This document shows positions 13,458-25,205 of a stretch of DNA of 64,000 nt, piece after piece. The stretch spans positions 135,411,388 through 135,475,387 of the forward strand of contig NC_068984.1 in the NCBI RefSeq assembly GCF_001194135.2, read 5' to 3'. Each line of letters starts with the position of its first letter. The first letter of the stretch is position 1. The DNA comes from Octopus bimaculoides (lineage: Eukaryota). Both the position numbers and the translations under genes were made by a program. Under the pieces are notes generated by a model. It saw only the letters and a program-made list of their open reading frames with translations, did not search any database and was not told the DNA's origin.

Positions 13458-13895
13458 GGCGGTGAGCTGGCAGAATCCTTAGCACACCGGTCGTCCCCCA
13501 TTTTCGTTATTATTAATGACTAGCTCAAGGCGGAGAGCTGGCTGAGACGTTAGCACGATGGACGAAATGCTTATTAGTATTTCGTCTCTCTTTACGTTCT
13601 GAGTTCAATTTCCACCCAGTCGACTTTACCTTTCATCATTTCGGAGTCGATAAATTAAGTACCAGTTGCAAACTGAGATCGATCTAAAATTCCGAGCTTT
13701 GTGTCTAGAGTAGAAAAGAATCGTTAGTACACTTTACGAAATCCCTACGTTCTGAGTTCAAATTCCGTCGAGGTCGACTTTGCTTTCATCCCTTCGGATG
13801 ATAGAAAAAAAGTACCAGTTGAATACCGTGGTCGGTGTAATCGACTCATCACCACTTTCCTCAAGCTGCCCGTGTGGAAAAATTTGAAATAATTA
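13458..13895 (+). mobile_element. Cluster of three SINE family A pieces (13458-13492, 13529-13720, 13745-13895)
   Basis: GGCGGTGAGCTGGCAGAATC / GGCGGAGAGCTGG heads and repeated ACGTTCTGAGTTCAA..GTCGACTTT..TTTCATC..AAGTACCAGTT cores. Confidence 0.8.
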
Positions 13896-14059
13896 TTGAT
13901 GACTACTTGGTATATAATTTTTGATAACAAAGGCAGAGAAGCAAGTACTCACAGCGGAATATATCAAATTTATTTTCACCTCCACATACGCATCTTTTCG
14001 AATACATCGTTTCAAGAGAAAGAGTGAAACACCCTACTAACACTCATGATTTATCTGTC

Positions 14060-14505
14060 ATCTTTTACTCGTTTCTTTAATTAGACTGCGGTCGTACAGG
14101 GGCGTCGCATGCAGGGGTTTAGTCAAATGAATCGTCTCAGTACTTAGATTGTTTATCTTTCATGTCTGTCGCGGATTTTCTTTCGGTTTCCTTTGCCAAG
14201 GCAGTAACATAGGAGGAACTGAAGAAACCGGCTTCGTTTTTCAAGCGGTGGAAGAGGAGAAAGCGTCAGCACAAAACATTCACAGACACATATGTATACA
14301 TACGCACACACATAGAGACGCACATGTACACATACATCCACATGCACACACGCACACCCAACCACACACCCATACCCACACCCACGTGCTTCCAAAGCTT
14401 CTGTCTACCAAATGCCATTACAATGCGTTAGTCAGCCAGGCGGTTAGCAGGATACAATTACCCAGTGTGCCGCCGATTTAAGCTGAACACGAAACGACAT
14501 GGTTA
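14060..14505 (-). mobile_element. Degraded SINE family B with internal (CA)n
   Basis: TTTTACTCGTTTC..GACTGCGG at the left and GTCTACCAAAT..CATGGTT at the right, colinear with 2396-2793. Confidence 0.55.
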
Positions 14506-15290
14506 AATTAAATCTATCAGTTTAATTTAAGTCTATGTACTGAAAATAAATGTTCAATGATACATTTATTAAGACCAGGTCCACTAAACTGTTTGCTTCA
14601 TCGTGTTCATTGTACAACTCATTTACGAGATTCGAGTAACTTTCCTACCGGAATATGAGATAGTTATAACAAAGTGGCTGATATTATTGCAGTCTTGCCT
14701 GATTTAAAATTTAAATAAACACGAGCTAAAATAACCAATTATCGGTGAGTAATTGTTACAATTAACCTTGAATCAAATTTAAAATAAATTATTGAAAATC
14801 TTTCAAAGGACCCAGACAATATAATTACGTGTCAACATTTCAACGCAAAATTGGCGAACTGACAGCTTAGAGTTAATAATCACAAAAACCCATTAATGTA
14901 ATAGAATATGTTAGTGAGAAAATTAAGGTACTAATGTTTTGTACTAGCTATGCGTTTTGAAAGGCGGATCGCATATTAGCAAAAAATTTCAAGTTATATT
15001 GAACTAATTTGATATCATTTATGATTATTAAATCCTATAAAACAGTGAAATTACTCAACATGGAAAACAATTGAACTATCTCGAATAATGAACATTAATA
15101 AATAGATAAACAACGTAACTTACAAGTGATCAGATATGACTCATCTAGTTATATCCTCATAGGCACACACGTTTAGATACAAACCCATGCACGCTCACTC
15201 ACTCACTCGTAAATGTACAAGATAAATCAGAGAAAAGAACGCCTATTGGATATGAAATTTTGTAGTACCTCTGAAAATAATGCGGGTAGA

Positions 15291-15364
15291 GGAGGAAATT
15301 CGCGTAGTGGTTAAGAGCGCGGGCTACTAAACCCAAGATTCCGAGTTCGATTCCAGGCAGATAT

Positions 15365-15453
<89 letters not shown>

Positions 15454-15620
15454 CAACAACAGCAACATCGAAAAATACCTAAGGAATGAGAACTCAGATT
15501 CGAAATTTCTCCCAAGACACCCGATGAAGGCTGGAGGGTATATCAGCCGAAACGTTGTGTTAACAACAAACAAGATGAGGACAAATATCCATCAAATATA
15601 AATAATGTAAATAATGTATA
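15291..15620 (+). mobile_element. SINE family D copy 2, full length, with expanded (AAT)n
   Basis: A-box-like TCGCGTAGTGG (15300-10), B-box GAGTTCGATTCC (15343-54), about 80 bp of (AAT)n, and the same 3' module and AATAATGTA tail as copy 1. Confidence 0.9.
15516..15561 (+). ncRNA. Minimal type I hammerhead motif with a mutated core (CCGATGA)
   Basis: Same stems as 11779-11824 (GACAC/GTGTT, GGCTG/CAGCC, GAAACGTT), but the conserved U4 position is C at 15522. Confidence 0.6.
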
Positions 15621-15655
15621 CCAAACTATATTCTCACTTATTATAGAGACTATGT

Positions 15656-15960
15656 GGAAGCACATGACCTAGTGGTTAGAGTAGCATACTCGCGGTTGAG
15701 GGATTGCTGGTTCGAATTTCAGACGGAGCGATGTGTGTGTTTATGAGTGAAACAACTAAGCTCCGTACGGATCCGGCAGAAGGTAATGGCGAACTTCTGT
15801 TCCTTTTTCGCCACCATTTTCTCTCATTCTTTCCTCCTGCATCTGCGCTCACGTGTGACGGACCGGCGTCCCGTCTAGGTGGTGAGCTTCTACGCCAATG
15901 AAACCGGGAAAGCGGCCCTTATGAGCCAGGCATGGCTCGAGAAGGAACAAGCAACAGCAA
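15656..15960 (+). mobile_element. SINE family C, subtype 1 (tRNA-like head; GACGGACCGGCGTCCCGTCTAGG..GAAACCGGGAAAG..ATGAGCC..GGCTCG 3' half)
   Basis: GACCTAGTGG A-box and GGTTCGAATT B-box. The first ~185 nt align with 37004-37190. The tail is (CAA/CAG)n-like. Confidence 0.8.
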
Positions 15961-16354
15961 TATAGAGAAAATAGTCTCTTCCTCACTCTGTTTAGGACTA
16001 TTTTTAGGACCACTCGTTACAGGTTTATTTCGAAAGCTGTTTTCATATTGCAAAATTACTAACTCTCCTTTTTGGATATAACGCTTCTTAATATACCCAA
16101 TGTTCATATATATTTTGTAGCGCAATTGTGAGATTATTGAAGACACATTCGAGCGAAGTATTGAACAATGTGAGGGGTCCATATATATGTTACATTTGAT
16201 TCCCCCATAGTTTATAGTAAAGGGTTAAATATATCTATATTTTTCATAGAAATATAATATTAAATATCTAAAATTTAAAGCGGTGGAATGCTGTTACACG
16301 ACTGATGTAACGTATACTCAAGATATATATATGTATATGTGTATGTGTTTGTAA

Positions 16355-16385
<31 letters not shown>

Positions 16386-17994
16386 NNNNNNNNNNNNNNN
16401 NNNNNNNNNNNNNNNNNNNNNNNNNNNNNNNNNNNNNNNNNNNNNNNNNNNNNNNNNNNNNNNNNNNNNNNNNNNNNNNNNNNNNNNNNNNNNNNNNNNN
16501 NNNNNNNNNNNNNNNNNNNNNNNNNNNNNNNNNNNNNNNNNNNNNNNNNNNNNNNNNNNNNNNNNNNNNNNNNNNNNNNNNNNNNNNNNNNNNNNNNNNN
16601 NNNNNNNNNNNNNNNNNNNNNNNNNNNNNNNNNNNNNNNNNNNNNNNNNNNNNNNNNNNNNNNNNNNNNNNNNNNNNNNNNNNNNNNNNNNNNNNNNNNN
16701 NNNNNNNNNNNNNNNNNNNNNNNNNNNNNNNNNNNNNNNNNNNNNNNNNNNNNNNNNNNNNNNNNNNNNNNNNNNNNNNNNNNNNNNNNNNNNNNNNNNN
16801 NNNNNNNNNNNNNNNNNNTATATATCATATATATATATATATATGACTTACCTTTATTTATACATTTTCCCACACACACACACGATATATCTTGAAATTA
16901 ATTTTAGTAGAATGTTGAGAAGAATTCCAATATACATTTAATAGTTTATTGTTTCAAATATTGACAACGTAAACATTCCTAGAACTAATACAACTGTCGG
17001 TAAATGATTGAACATTTATTTAAATATTTAATTAGAATCGAAAGCATAATCAATAAAATAATATCGATATTTTGTTACATACAAATGTTGGTTTTCGCAA
17101 GCCACACGAAAGAAAATATTAGTATTACGGTGTGAATTGCTGGTGCATTACTGAAGTATAAATTTGTAGTGATTGCTACGTAATTATGCTGTCGAAAATA
17201 TGTATTTATGGACGTGAGTATGTGAGAGATAGAGCGATTGACTTTATAATTTATATCTTACAGATAACGATTTCATTTGTCATTTGAATGCTTATGTTGG
17301 TTGTAGACACAACGCCTCATGGCTTGCTTATCTGGAAACAGTGTGAAGAAATTGTACATTTATGTATTTAAGCAATCCTGTGTGTAGAGATACATAAAGC
17401 AATCACATGAAACTATAGACACTCACATATGTACAGACATACATACAAACATACATACATATACATCCATACATACACACACACATATACACACATAACT
17501 ATGTGCATACATGACTAAATGTATACATTCATCGTAGGGCACCGTAATATAGGCTAATAACATGGCCTAATAACGGCGAAAATAGGCTACTAGCGCAGTT
17601 TTTAGTTTATTACAATGCTTTTAAGCAGCAAGCTTCTATGAGAGAGGATCATTCAAGCAAAGCATGTCGATCCCAAATTTCTGGCAGGGCAAATTGCGTC
17701 ATGGTGTTTTTTTGTTTTTTTTTTCTCAGAGAAGCTGCCCAACTGACCCTACTCTACTGTGTTTTCGACAAAATCAAAAAATAATGTGCATGCGTGAAAT
17801 TAAAATTATGAAATGTTTACAATTTACCCATCACACCCTGTGTATAGAAAAGGAGATAAAGAACTAGTTTTAAATCTATGATTGAGATATATGTAGTAAC
17901 AGGATAACTGGATAGTGAAGTTTATGTGCTAACATAACTTGGGAGTCCTGACTAGGACTTTGTTACTACATGCTTACAGTATGATTTCAACGAC

Positions 17995-18375
17995 GGAGTA
18001 TTCTAGGATACAGATTCTGTCAACAAACCAGCTGAGAAAGATGTTTACGCAGTGATAAATTTGTTACTGGGAAAGATGTTTTCCTGGTGATACACATTGT
18101 CCTTGTCAGGACTGCCATGTTATGTTCGCAAATAAACTTTACTATCCAGGCGGTTGTCCAGCACCGACGAAAGGAAATAGCCCCCAAAGCCAATGGTCTG
18201 CTGTTACTACCAGTGGCCAGAAGGTAGCTGTGAGCCCCCTTGCTTATAGTATGTCTAGGACACAGATCATGTGTCGATAAACCAGCTAGAAATGAGGATT
18301 TCCAGGGGTTTAAAAGTAGTAGCAGTGTCCTCGTTAGGACTGCCACGTTATATTTGCAAATAAATTTTAATACAC
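17995..18375. repeat. Diverged direct repeat, period about 252 bp
   Basis: CTAGGA.ACAGAT..AAACCAGCT..GAA and AGGACTGCCA.GTTAT.TT.GCAAATAAA.TTTA each occur twice. Confidence 0.7.
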
Positions 18376-18378
18376 ACA

Positions 18379-18477
<99 letters not shown>

Positions 18478-18478
18478 C
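18375..18478. repeat. (CA)n followed by (TA)n microsatellite
   Basis: Direct reading. Confidence 0.95.
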
Positions 18479-19465
18479 ATCTTCATATTGTTCCTGAGTG
18501 CGGCCAAGCTAATGCATCGCTTTGAAAAATTGTACTCGAACGAATCTACTACTGTATTTAATATATTAAGAACGCCAAAAAATATATAGTACCTTAATCT
18601 ATTTATAAAATTAAACATATTCATATACCATATAGCCATACATACCAGTTCGCACAAACAAGCACCCACACATGCATATACAATATTTTATAAAATTTAC
18701 ATGAAGTTGAAAGAAACAAAAATTTCCTAAAAAATACAAAGCAAAAAATTTAATTTTAATACTGATTGAACATTTCTTTCTTTCATTCTCATTTTCATGT
18801 TTGAAATAAACCTTTGCTTTCTAATGGGTAACACCCAATTGATGAAGAGGTTAATCTTTTATCTCTAATCAGTATTTTTTCTCTTCATATTGGAATATCA
18901 GCCAATTTTCAGAATCCGAAGGTTAAATAAAGAATTTCAATATACAGTATAGGGCATTTTATTAAACGGTTGCTTTTAATTATAAGGAAATTTTATATAC
19001 TTTTAAAACCTTGCATAATTGCACTGTGTAATGGTATGTTTTCTGTCTGATATTCTTTTTAATACATTCAAGATTTGACTTTGGTGATGGAACTTTCATT
19101 CAATTTCTTTGTATTCATATCCAGGTAACGAATGGCTTTTCGTGCAATTTCAAATGTGATCAAGGTTGAGTTTATAACTAAATTCCCTCGACAGATTCCA
19201 TTGAAAACATAAAATTTGAAAGATACAATTGCATTTCTTGCATCATTGGCGATTTCATTGCGATTGAAATTCTTGAATATCGTAATATTAATACATGATA
19301 ATACTACTTGGGAAATCATTAATATATGTAGCTATTATTATTATAGCTTAGCAACACAAATCACATTTTTTTTCAATTTAATTTTTCACACTGTGAGCAT
19401 AATTTAATTTAATTTTTCTCTTTAAATATCATATGTAGTTTAATTGGTATGAATTTTGTATGACC

Positions 19466-19640
19466 TCATTTCATTAATAATATAATTATATCGTGGAAAG
19501 CTTTAAAATATCCCACTGGAGGAAATATGAATTTGAATTGAACATTTCCACTCCTTTTCATTTTCATATCTTCTTCCATTTCCTCTTCTAATTCTGATAA
19601 TTCATTTTGTAAACAAGGTTGCAGTGACATTTCATAATAT
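19466..19640 (-). CDS. Candidate terminal exon (YYEMSLQPCLQNELSELEEEMEEDMKMKRSGNVQFKFIFPPVGYFKAFHDIIILLMK*), unidentified
   Basis: Follows ..GATATGTTTTATAG on the minus strand. An acidic E-rich stretch is followed by KR. No family recognised. Confidence 0.2.
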
Positions 19641-20038
19641 CTATAAAACATATCTATCTAGAAAATCCACTACTCTATCATAAACAGTTATATTGGTCTA
19701 CGCCACATATCAATACAGGTAAAAATCCATACGTATTAAAATATTCCAATAAACGTACTAACTTACAAATGTTGATAATCCTTGTAAATGGTTGAAACAA
19801 ACACTGATACCTAAATAAGTTTGTATGTACTGACATAGTAACAATTCAAGTATATTACCCAATATATATGCAATGCTATTATTAATTTAAAAGCCAACAC
19901 AAAAATTGATTATGTAACATTCCTAATAATATTATGATGTGGTGTGCCTAAGGTATATTCAAAGAACATGTAGCTCATGAATTAAATAAGTATTTCAGTC
20001 TGCAGTCAAGCATTTAGTTCAATTATTGCCTTCAGTCC

Positions 20039-20043
<5 letters not shown>

Positions 20044-20115
<72 letters not shown>

Positions 20116-20340
20116 TACACAAACACACACACATACACACACACGCACAAACATACATACATATACGCACACGGACAGACACATACAACCACACAAACGC
20201 ACACATATACATACACGCACATACACATATGCACACACAGAAATATACATACATATACACACACGGACACACAGATACAACCACACAAACACACACATAT
20301 ACATACACACACATATACATACAAACACACATATACAACA
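20044..20340. repeat. (CA)n and degenerate (CA/TA) microsatellite
   Basis: Direct reading; it explains the HT- and CV-rich ORFs. Confidence 0.95.
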
Positions 20341-20489
20341 TGAAACGAAATGCTGTAGTAAATATATAAATGAATACACATGATTGAATCGGTCACGATG
20401 AAAATCTAGAATGTAATTTCTCTGAATAGCAAATTAGCGTTAATAATCGTTTCTCATAAGGACCCTAGAGCAACAAAGTTTTGCTCGGC

Positions 20490-20635
20490 TTATGAACCCT
20501 CAGGCTTTACCGGTTCTTGTTATGTATCTAAAGAATGAAATGGTATTTGTCATAGACAGGTTTTCAAATCAGACCTTAAGATATCCTGCAAGGCATTTTG
20601 TTCTATGTTCTAACGTATTTGACAATCTACCCACC
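20490..20635 (-). mobile_element. Degraded SINE family A
   Basis: The minus strand GGTGGG..CAAATACGTTAGAAC..ACAAAATGCCTTGC resembles the family A head. Confidence 0.45.
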
Positions 20636-21356
20636 TAATCATGCATATTAATAATAGTAATATCACTTTAATGTTACATGAATATCAGAGCAGTAGATGA
20701 AGTTATCTAAATCTTCAAAGGAAAATATATGTTAGTATATGCACTGCATTTCTAACAGTAGTCTAAAGTTACTATACATTGAAGGCAGGTATCGCATCTA
20801 CATAGGGCGATGATTCTTTAACACTTCTTTTATAAGTAAAACAGTATAAAAAATTGGTAAAGTAAACGGAGATAGATCTAGTATTGAATAATTCGTAACA
20901 GTGAAACAAAACAAAAAAGAGACTGTCACTGCAAGGAAAATGAAATCTAAATTCACAGAGAAGATAACACGCAAATTCGAGACACGTTCGATATTCTGAA
21001 ATAAGTAAGCTAAAGTATATCGTCTCTAAGGAGCCTTTACCAAATTGATAATTTTCTGTTAGCTGAACATCACATTGTACCTTGGAGCTGCTTGATTATA
21101 ACCACAGCTTTCTGGCCAAAACAGATAAAATAGAAAATGTGAAAATATTCAGTGAAAGACAGATTTGAAAGAAAGGAAAAACCTAGAAAATTTAATTCCA
21201 AATCGATAACTAAGAAAATTCTACACTGAAAACAAAAATATTTATTTCATCATATATGTCGAGAGAGATTACAATTACCAATGGTGAACCGATTGGGATC
21301 AACAATGATCTAAGGACAAAAAAACTTAAGCGGAAGTACGTATTTGGTTTCAACGG

Positions 21357-21392
21357 TTCAATCAAGTTCAATCAAGTTCAATCAAGTTCAGT
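21357..21392. repeat. 10-bp tandem repeat (TTCAATCAAG) x3-4
   Basis: Direct reading. Confidence 0.85.
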
Positions 21393-22056
21393 CAATACAA
21401 ATTAGAAATCTAATATAGCAAATTTTCGGTTTAATGTCTATTATAGACTATACAGTCTGCAATACACAAATAACAAACACGATGTTATCCGTTTATCAAG
21501 TGTTTATACATAGAAACACACACACACATACGCACGCACACACACACACACAGACACAGACACACACACACACACACAAACACACTTACACGTATATATA
21601 CAATCATAGATGTATATATATTTGCGTGTGTGTGCTTGTGTGTGTGTCTGTCTTTGTTCACTTGTAACATTACTTAATTATTTCTTCATGGCATTAAGTA
21701 TAATGACACCAAATTGATGGTTATTTTTCGTGCAGATTGCGTATAGTTGTGATTACGATATTTCATTCCTACTCATCTACATTAATTTACAATATTATAG
21801 TAATGTTTTATCATTAATTAGAAGAGTAAGAATTCTTATATGCTTTCCTGAAAAGCATTAATAAGGACCAGGCAGTTCTTCTAACGCCGTTTGTAATTGC
21901 CAAAACCGGATTAAAATAATCTATAAAATAATTTGCTTGTTCGTTCGCCTGTTATAGAAGTGAAAATGGAGTCAGTACTAAGTAGTGTAAGAGAGAGAGG
22001 AGTGAAGAAAGAAAAGAGGGAGAAGTAAAGAAAGGTGATTAACATTAATACACTTA

Positions 22057-22190
22057 GGTTCTAATTCAGCCGAAGGACTTTGCCTTTCATCCGTTTAAGG
22101 TCGATAAATTAAGTACCAGTTGCGTCTTGGAGTCGATCTAACCGACTGGCCCCCTCCCCAAAAATTTCGGCCTAGAGGAGAAAAGAATAT
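22057..22190 (+). mobile_element. SINE family A, 3' half
   Basis: GACTTTGCCTTTCATCCGTTTAAGGTCGATAAATTAAGTACCAGTTGCG..GTCGATCTAACCGAC. Confidence 0.75.
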
Positions 22191-22576
22191 TAATACGCTT
22201 CGGCCAAATGGTCACGTGGTGAGCTGAAGATATACGCGAAAGACGATAGAAAAAGACGACGAGAGAAAAGGTTGGAGAGAGAAAATTGTTAACGACGTAG
22301 GGCGGGGTGGGGAAGGAATACTTATTACGTGGTTAAAAAGTTAGCTGAACAGAAAAGGTAGATAGAGAGAGATGGAGAGAGGCAGTTATATTGAGAAAGA
22401 GAGAGTGAGAGAGAGAGAGAGAGGGGGGGGAGAAGATAGTGGTGGTGTGTTTTTACTGAAAGTATTTTTTTATTTAACTAATTTTCTTTTTTTATTGTGA
22501 CCATTGCGTACGGATAAGTGCAGTTACTTATTGTCTGCTCGCTTTAAAAAATGTTTGATTACAAGGATTAATTTAG

Positions 22577-22715
22577 CCTACTAGAAAGACGGTTTCAAAC
22601 TGACCAAGAAACGATGCACATATATAGTCCATGGACCAGAGAGGATCACCGACAGAGACGTGAGGAAATTAATGCAGACGAATGTGAGGAATATTTAAAG
22701 GAAGCTGAACTATGA
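22577..22715 (+). CDS. Candidate exon (LLERRFQTDQETMHIYSPWTREDHRQRREEINADECEEYLKEAEL*), unidentified
   Basis: Follows GATTAATTTAG and has a charged, protein-like composition. Two GTGAGG donor-like sites lie inside it, so it could be internal and shorter. Confidence 0.3.
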
Positions 22716-23485
22716 ATGCTTTAAAAATGCAAATCACCTATCTGTTAAATAGGTCCTAATAATGTTTTCAATACCATGGAATTTATTCGGGTCCTACTAG
22801 TTATTCTGTATTTTTCATTTCCTTTGCTTAGAAGTATTGTACATTGATTTTTACACATTTTCAGAAAATAACATGTAATTACTTTGTGTTGAATTTGTAT
22901 CATAGCACTTGAGCAAGAAACTGGCAAAACCAAATTTGGGAAAAAAAAAAAAATTGAATATACGAAATGACTGTTGTGTAACTATGTTCTGTAACTATAA
23001 TAAATTCCCATATGCTACAAGAAAAATGACAAGACCTACAGTTAAAAGAAAAACATTTTTTTCCACTTAGAAGCATCTCTGATTCTTTCAATAAATAAAT
23101 TCATCATTCGAGACAAAGTCACATAGTATCAAATTACCATATAATTTGATCTATACGTTAATTACAAGAAATAAGCACTAAGAACATCTAGTGTGAAAGA
23201 AATGTAATCAGATGCAAAAATATGAAGGTAAAACGAAGGAGAGTACACTGACAACATGTTTAAAATTCATCTATGGAAATATAATTTCAGTTTCGTAACA
23301 ACTTTCAATTATATTTTAATGTAACTTCAAAAACCATGAACTCATTTCGTATAAGAAAAAGAAAAATATAAGTATTAAGTGTATGATACAGGATTAGAAA
23401 GTAATATAGCTACCCACAGGTATGCATGTATGTATGTATGTATGTATGTATGTATGTATGCATGCACTCATGTGTGTGCGTGTGT

Positions 23486-23520
<35 letters not shown>

Positions 23521-23986
23521 NNNNNNNNNNNNNNNNNNNNNNNNNNNNNNNNNNNNNNNNNNNNNNNNNNNNNNNNNNNNNNNNNNNNNNNNNNNNNNNN
23601 NNNNNNNNNNNNNNNNNNNNNNNNNNNNNNNNNNNNNNNNNNNNNNNNNNNNNNNNNNNNNNNNNNNNNNNNNNNNNNNNNNNNNNNNNNNNNNNNNNNN
23701 NNNNNNNNNNNNNNNNNNNNNNNNNNNNNNNNNNNNNNNNNNNNNNNNNNNNNNNNNNNNNNNNNNNNNNNNNNNNNNNNNNNNNNNNNNNNNNNNNNNN
23801 NNNNNNNNNNNNNNNNNNNNNNNNNNNNNNNNNNNNNNNNNNNNNNNNNNNNNNNNNNNNNNNNNNNNNNNNNNNNNNNNNNNNNNNNNNNNNNNNNNNN
23901 NNNNNNNNNNNNNNNNNNNNNNNNNNNNNNNNNNNNNNNNNNNNNNNNNNNNNNTATATATATATGCATATATATACTCATACATT

Positions 23987-24017
<31 letters not shown>

Positions 24018-24901
24018 ATACTACTAGTTGTGTGTGTGTGTACGTAACTCATATTGCAATCGATTCCCCACTCACTACTCTGTGAAAGAACAGCTCATTC
24101 AGAATAAAAGAAAATGAAAGAGTATATCTCTTAACAGTAAACTCATCTAAACGGCACGATAACAAGAGAAGAAATAAAAGGGAAATAATACGTAACTAAA
24201 GAATAGTAAAGGTATATTATCCTTTATTTCTCGAATGATGCACTGACATGAAATGCTTCAACACTTCTCTGCACAAAATATATATAACATGTCAAACTGC
24301 AAATTATTTTACCAATAATGTACTTAAATCAAGATTCACAACTATGCACCGCCAAGAGCAATCTGTGTAAAGCAATTTAGAGTAAGATTTGTAAAGACGA
24401 TAGATTTTTAACATGGACGAATGCTAAAAAAAACAGCATCAATAACAGAACAGTTCCTAATAGTAACTGCATGGAAATTATCTACAAATAATAAAGTGCA
24501 AAGATTCTCGTTAAATATTTAACGCACAGCCACATATCCTTGCACTTATATTAAACGAAACACTGAAAAAATATAATTTTAAACGATATTCCGAAAAATA
24601 TAGCTCCGGAAAGGACATATTGATCTCCTATAGTTATTGAATAACTATATACCCCACCTTCAAAGCTGTTTACTACTACCATACTGTAAGATTTAAATCT
24701 GGTAATGAAAGATATTCGTTTTCAATTTTCTATTAGTGCACTCGACCTAAGTCTTCTTACCAGTTATCTTTGAAAATATAAGATGATGGAGAGTATAACA
24801 TATTGCAGCTACAGAAAATGTAGCACTTTCGAAACAAATACTATATTCACTTAGTGTAGAATTGACCGCTTTGAGTAACGATGAGGTGTAAATGCAAGCT
24901 T

Positions 24902-25205
24902 CATAAAAATACAGGCTGGAAACGCTAGAAGGATATTGGTTTCATGAAATACTAAGTCAAAAAGGATGGCAGGAAAACAATCGAAAACATCTCCTAAGAA
25001 TGCAAAAGACTTCTTATTTTGTGATGTTTGCAAGAGGAAGGTAAACATAATAAAAATACAGATGAGAAACGCTAGAAATGTACCAGTTTCATGAAATATG
25101 AAGACAAAAAGGCCGGTACGGCAGAAAAACGTAACCGAAAAGATCTCTTAAAAAGTCAACGGTCACCTGATATTGTGACTTGCAAATTCTTGGGGAGGGT
25201 AAGAT
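24902..25205. repeat. Diverged direct repeat, period about 145 bp
   Basis: TAAAAATACAG..GAAACGCTAGAA..GTTTCATGAAATA..CAAAAAGG occurs twice, and each unit ends near a G|GTAA motif. Confidence 0.7.
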
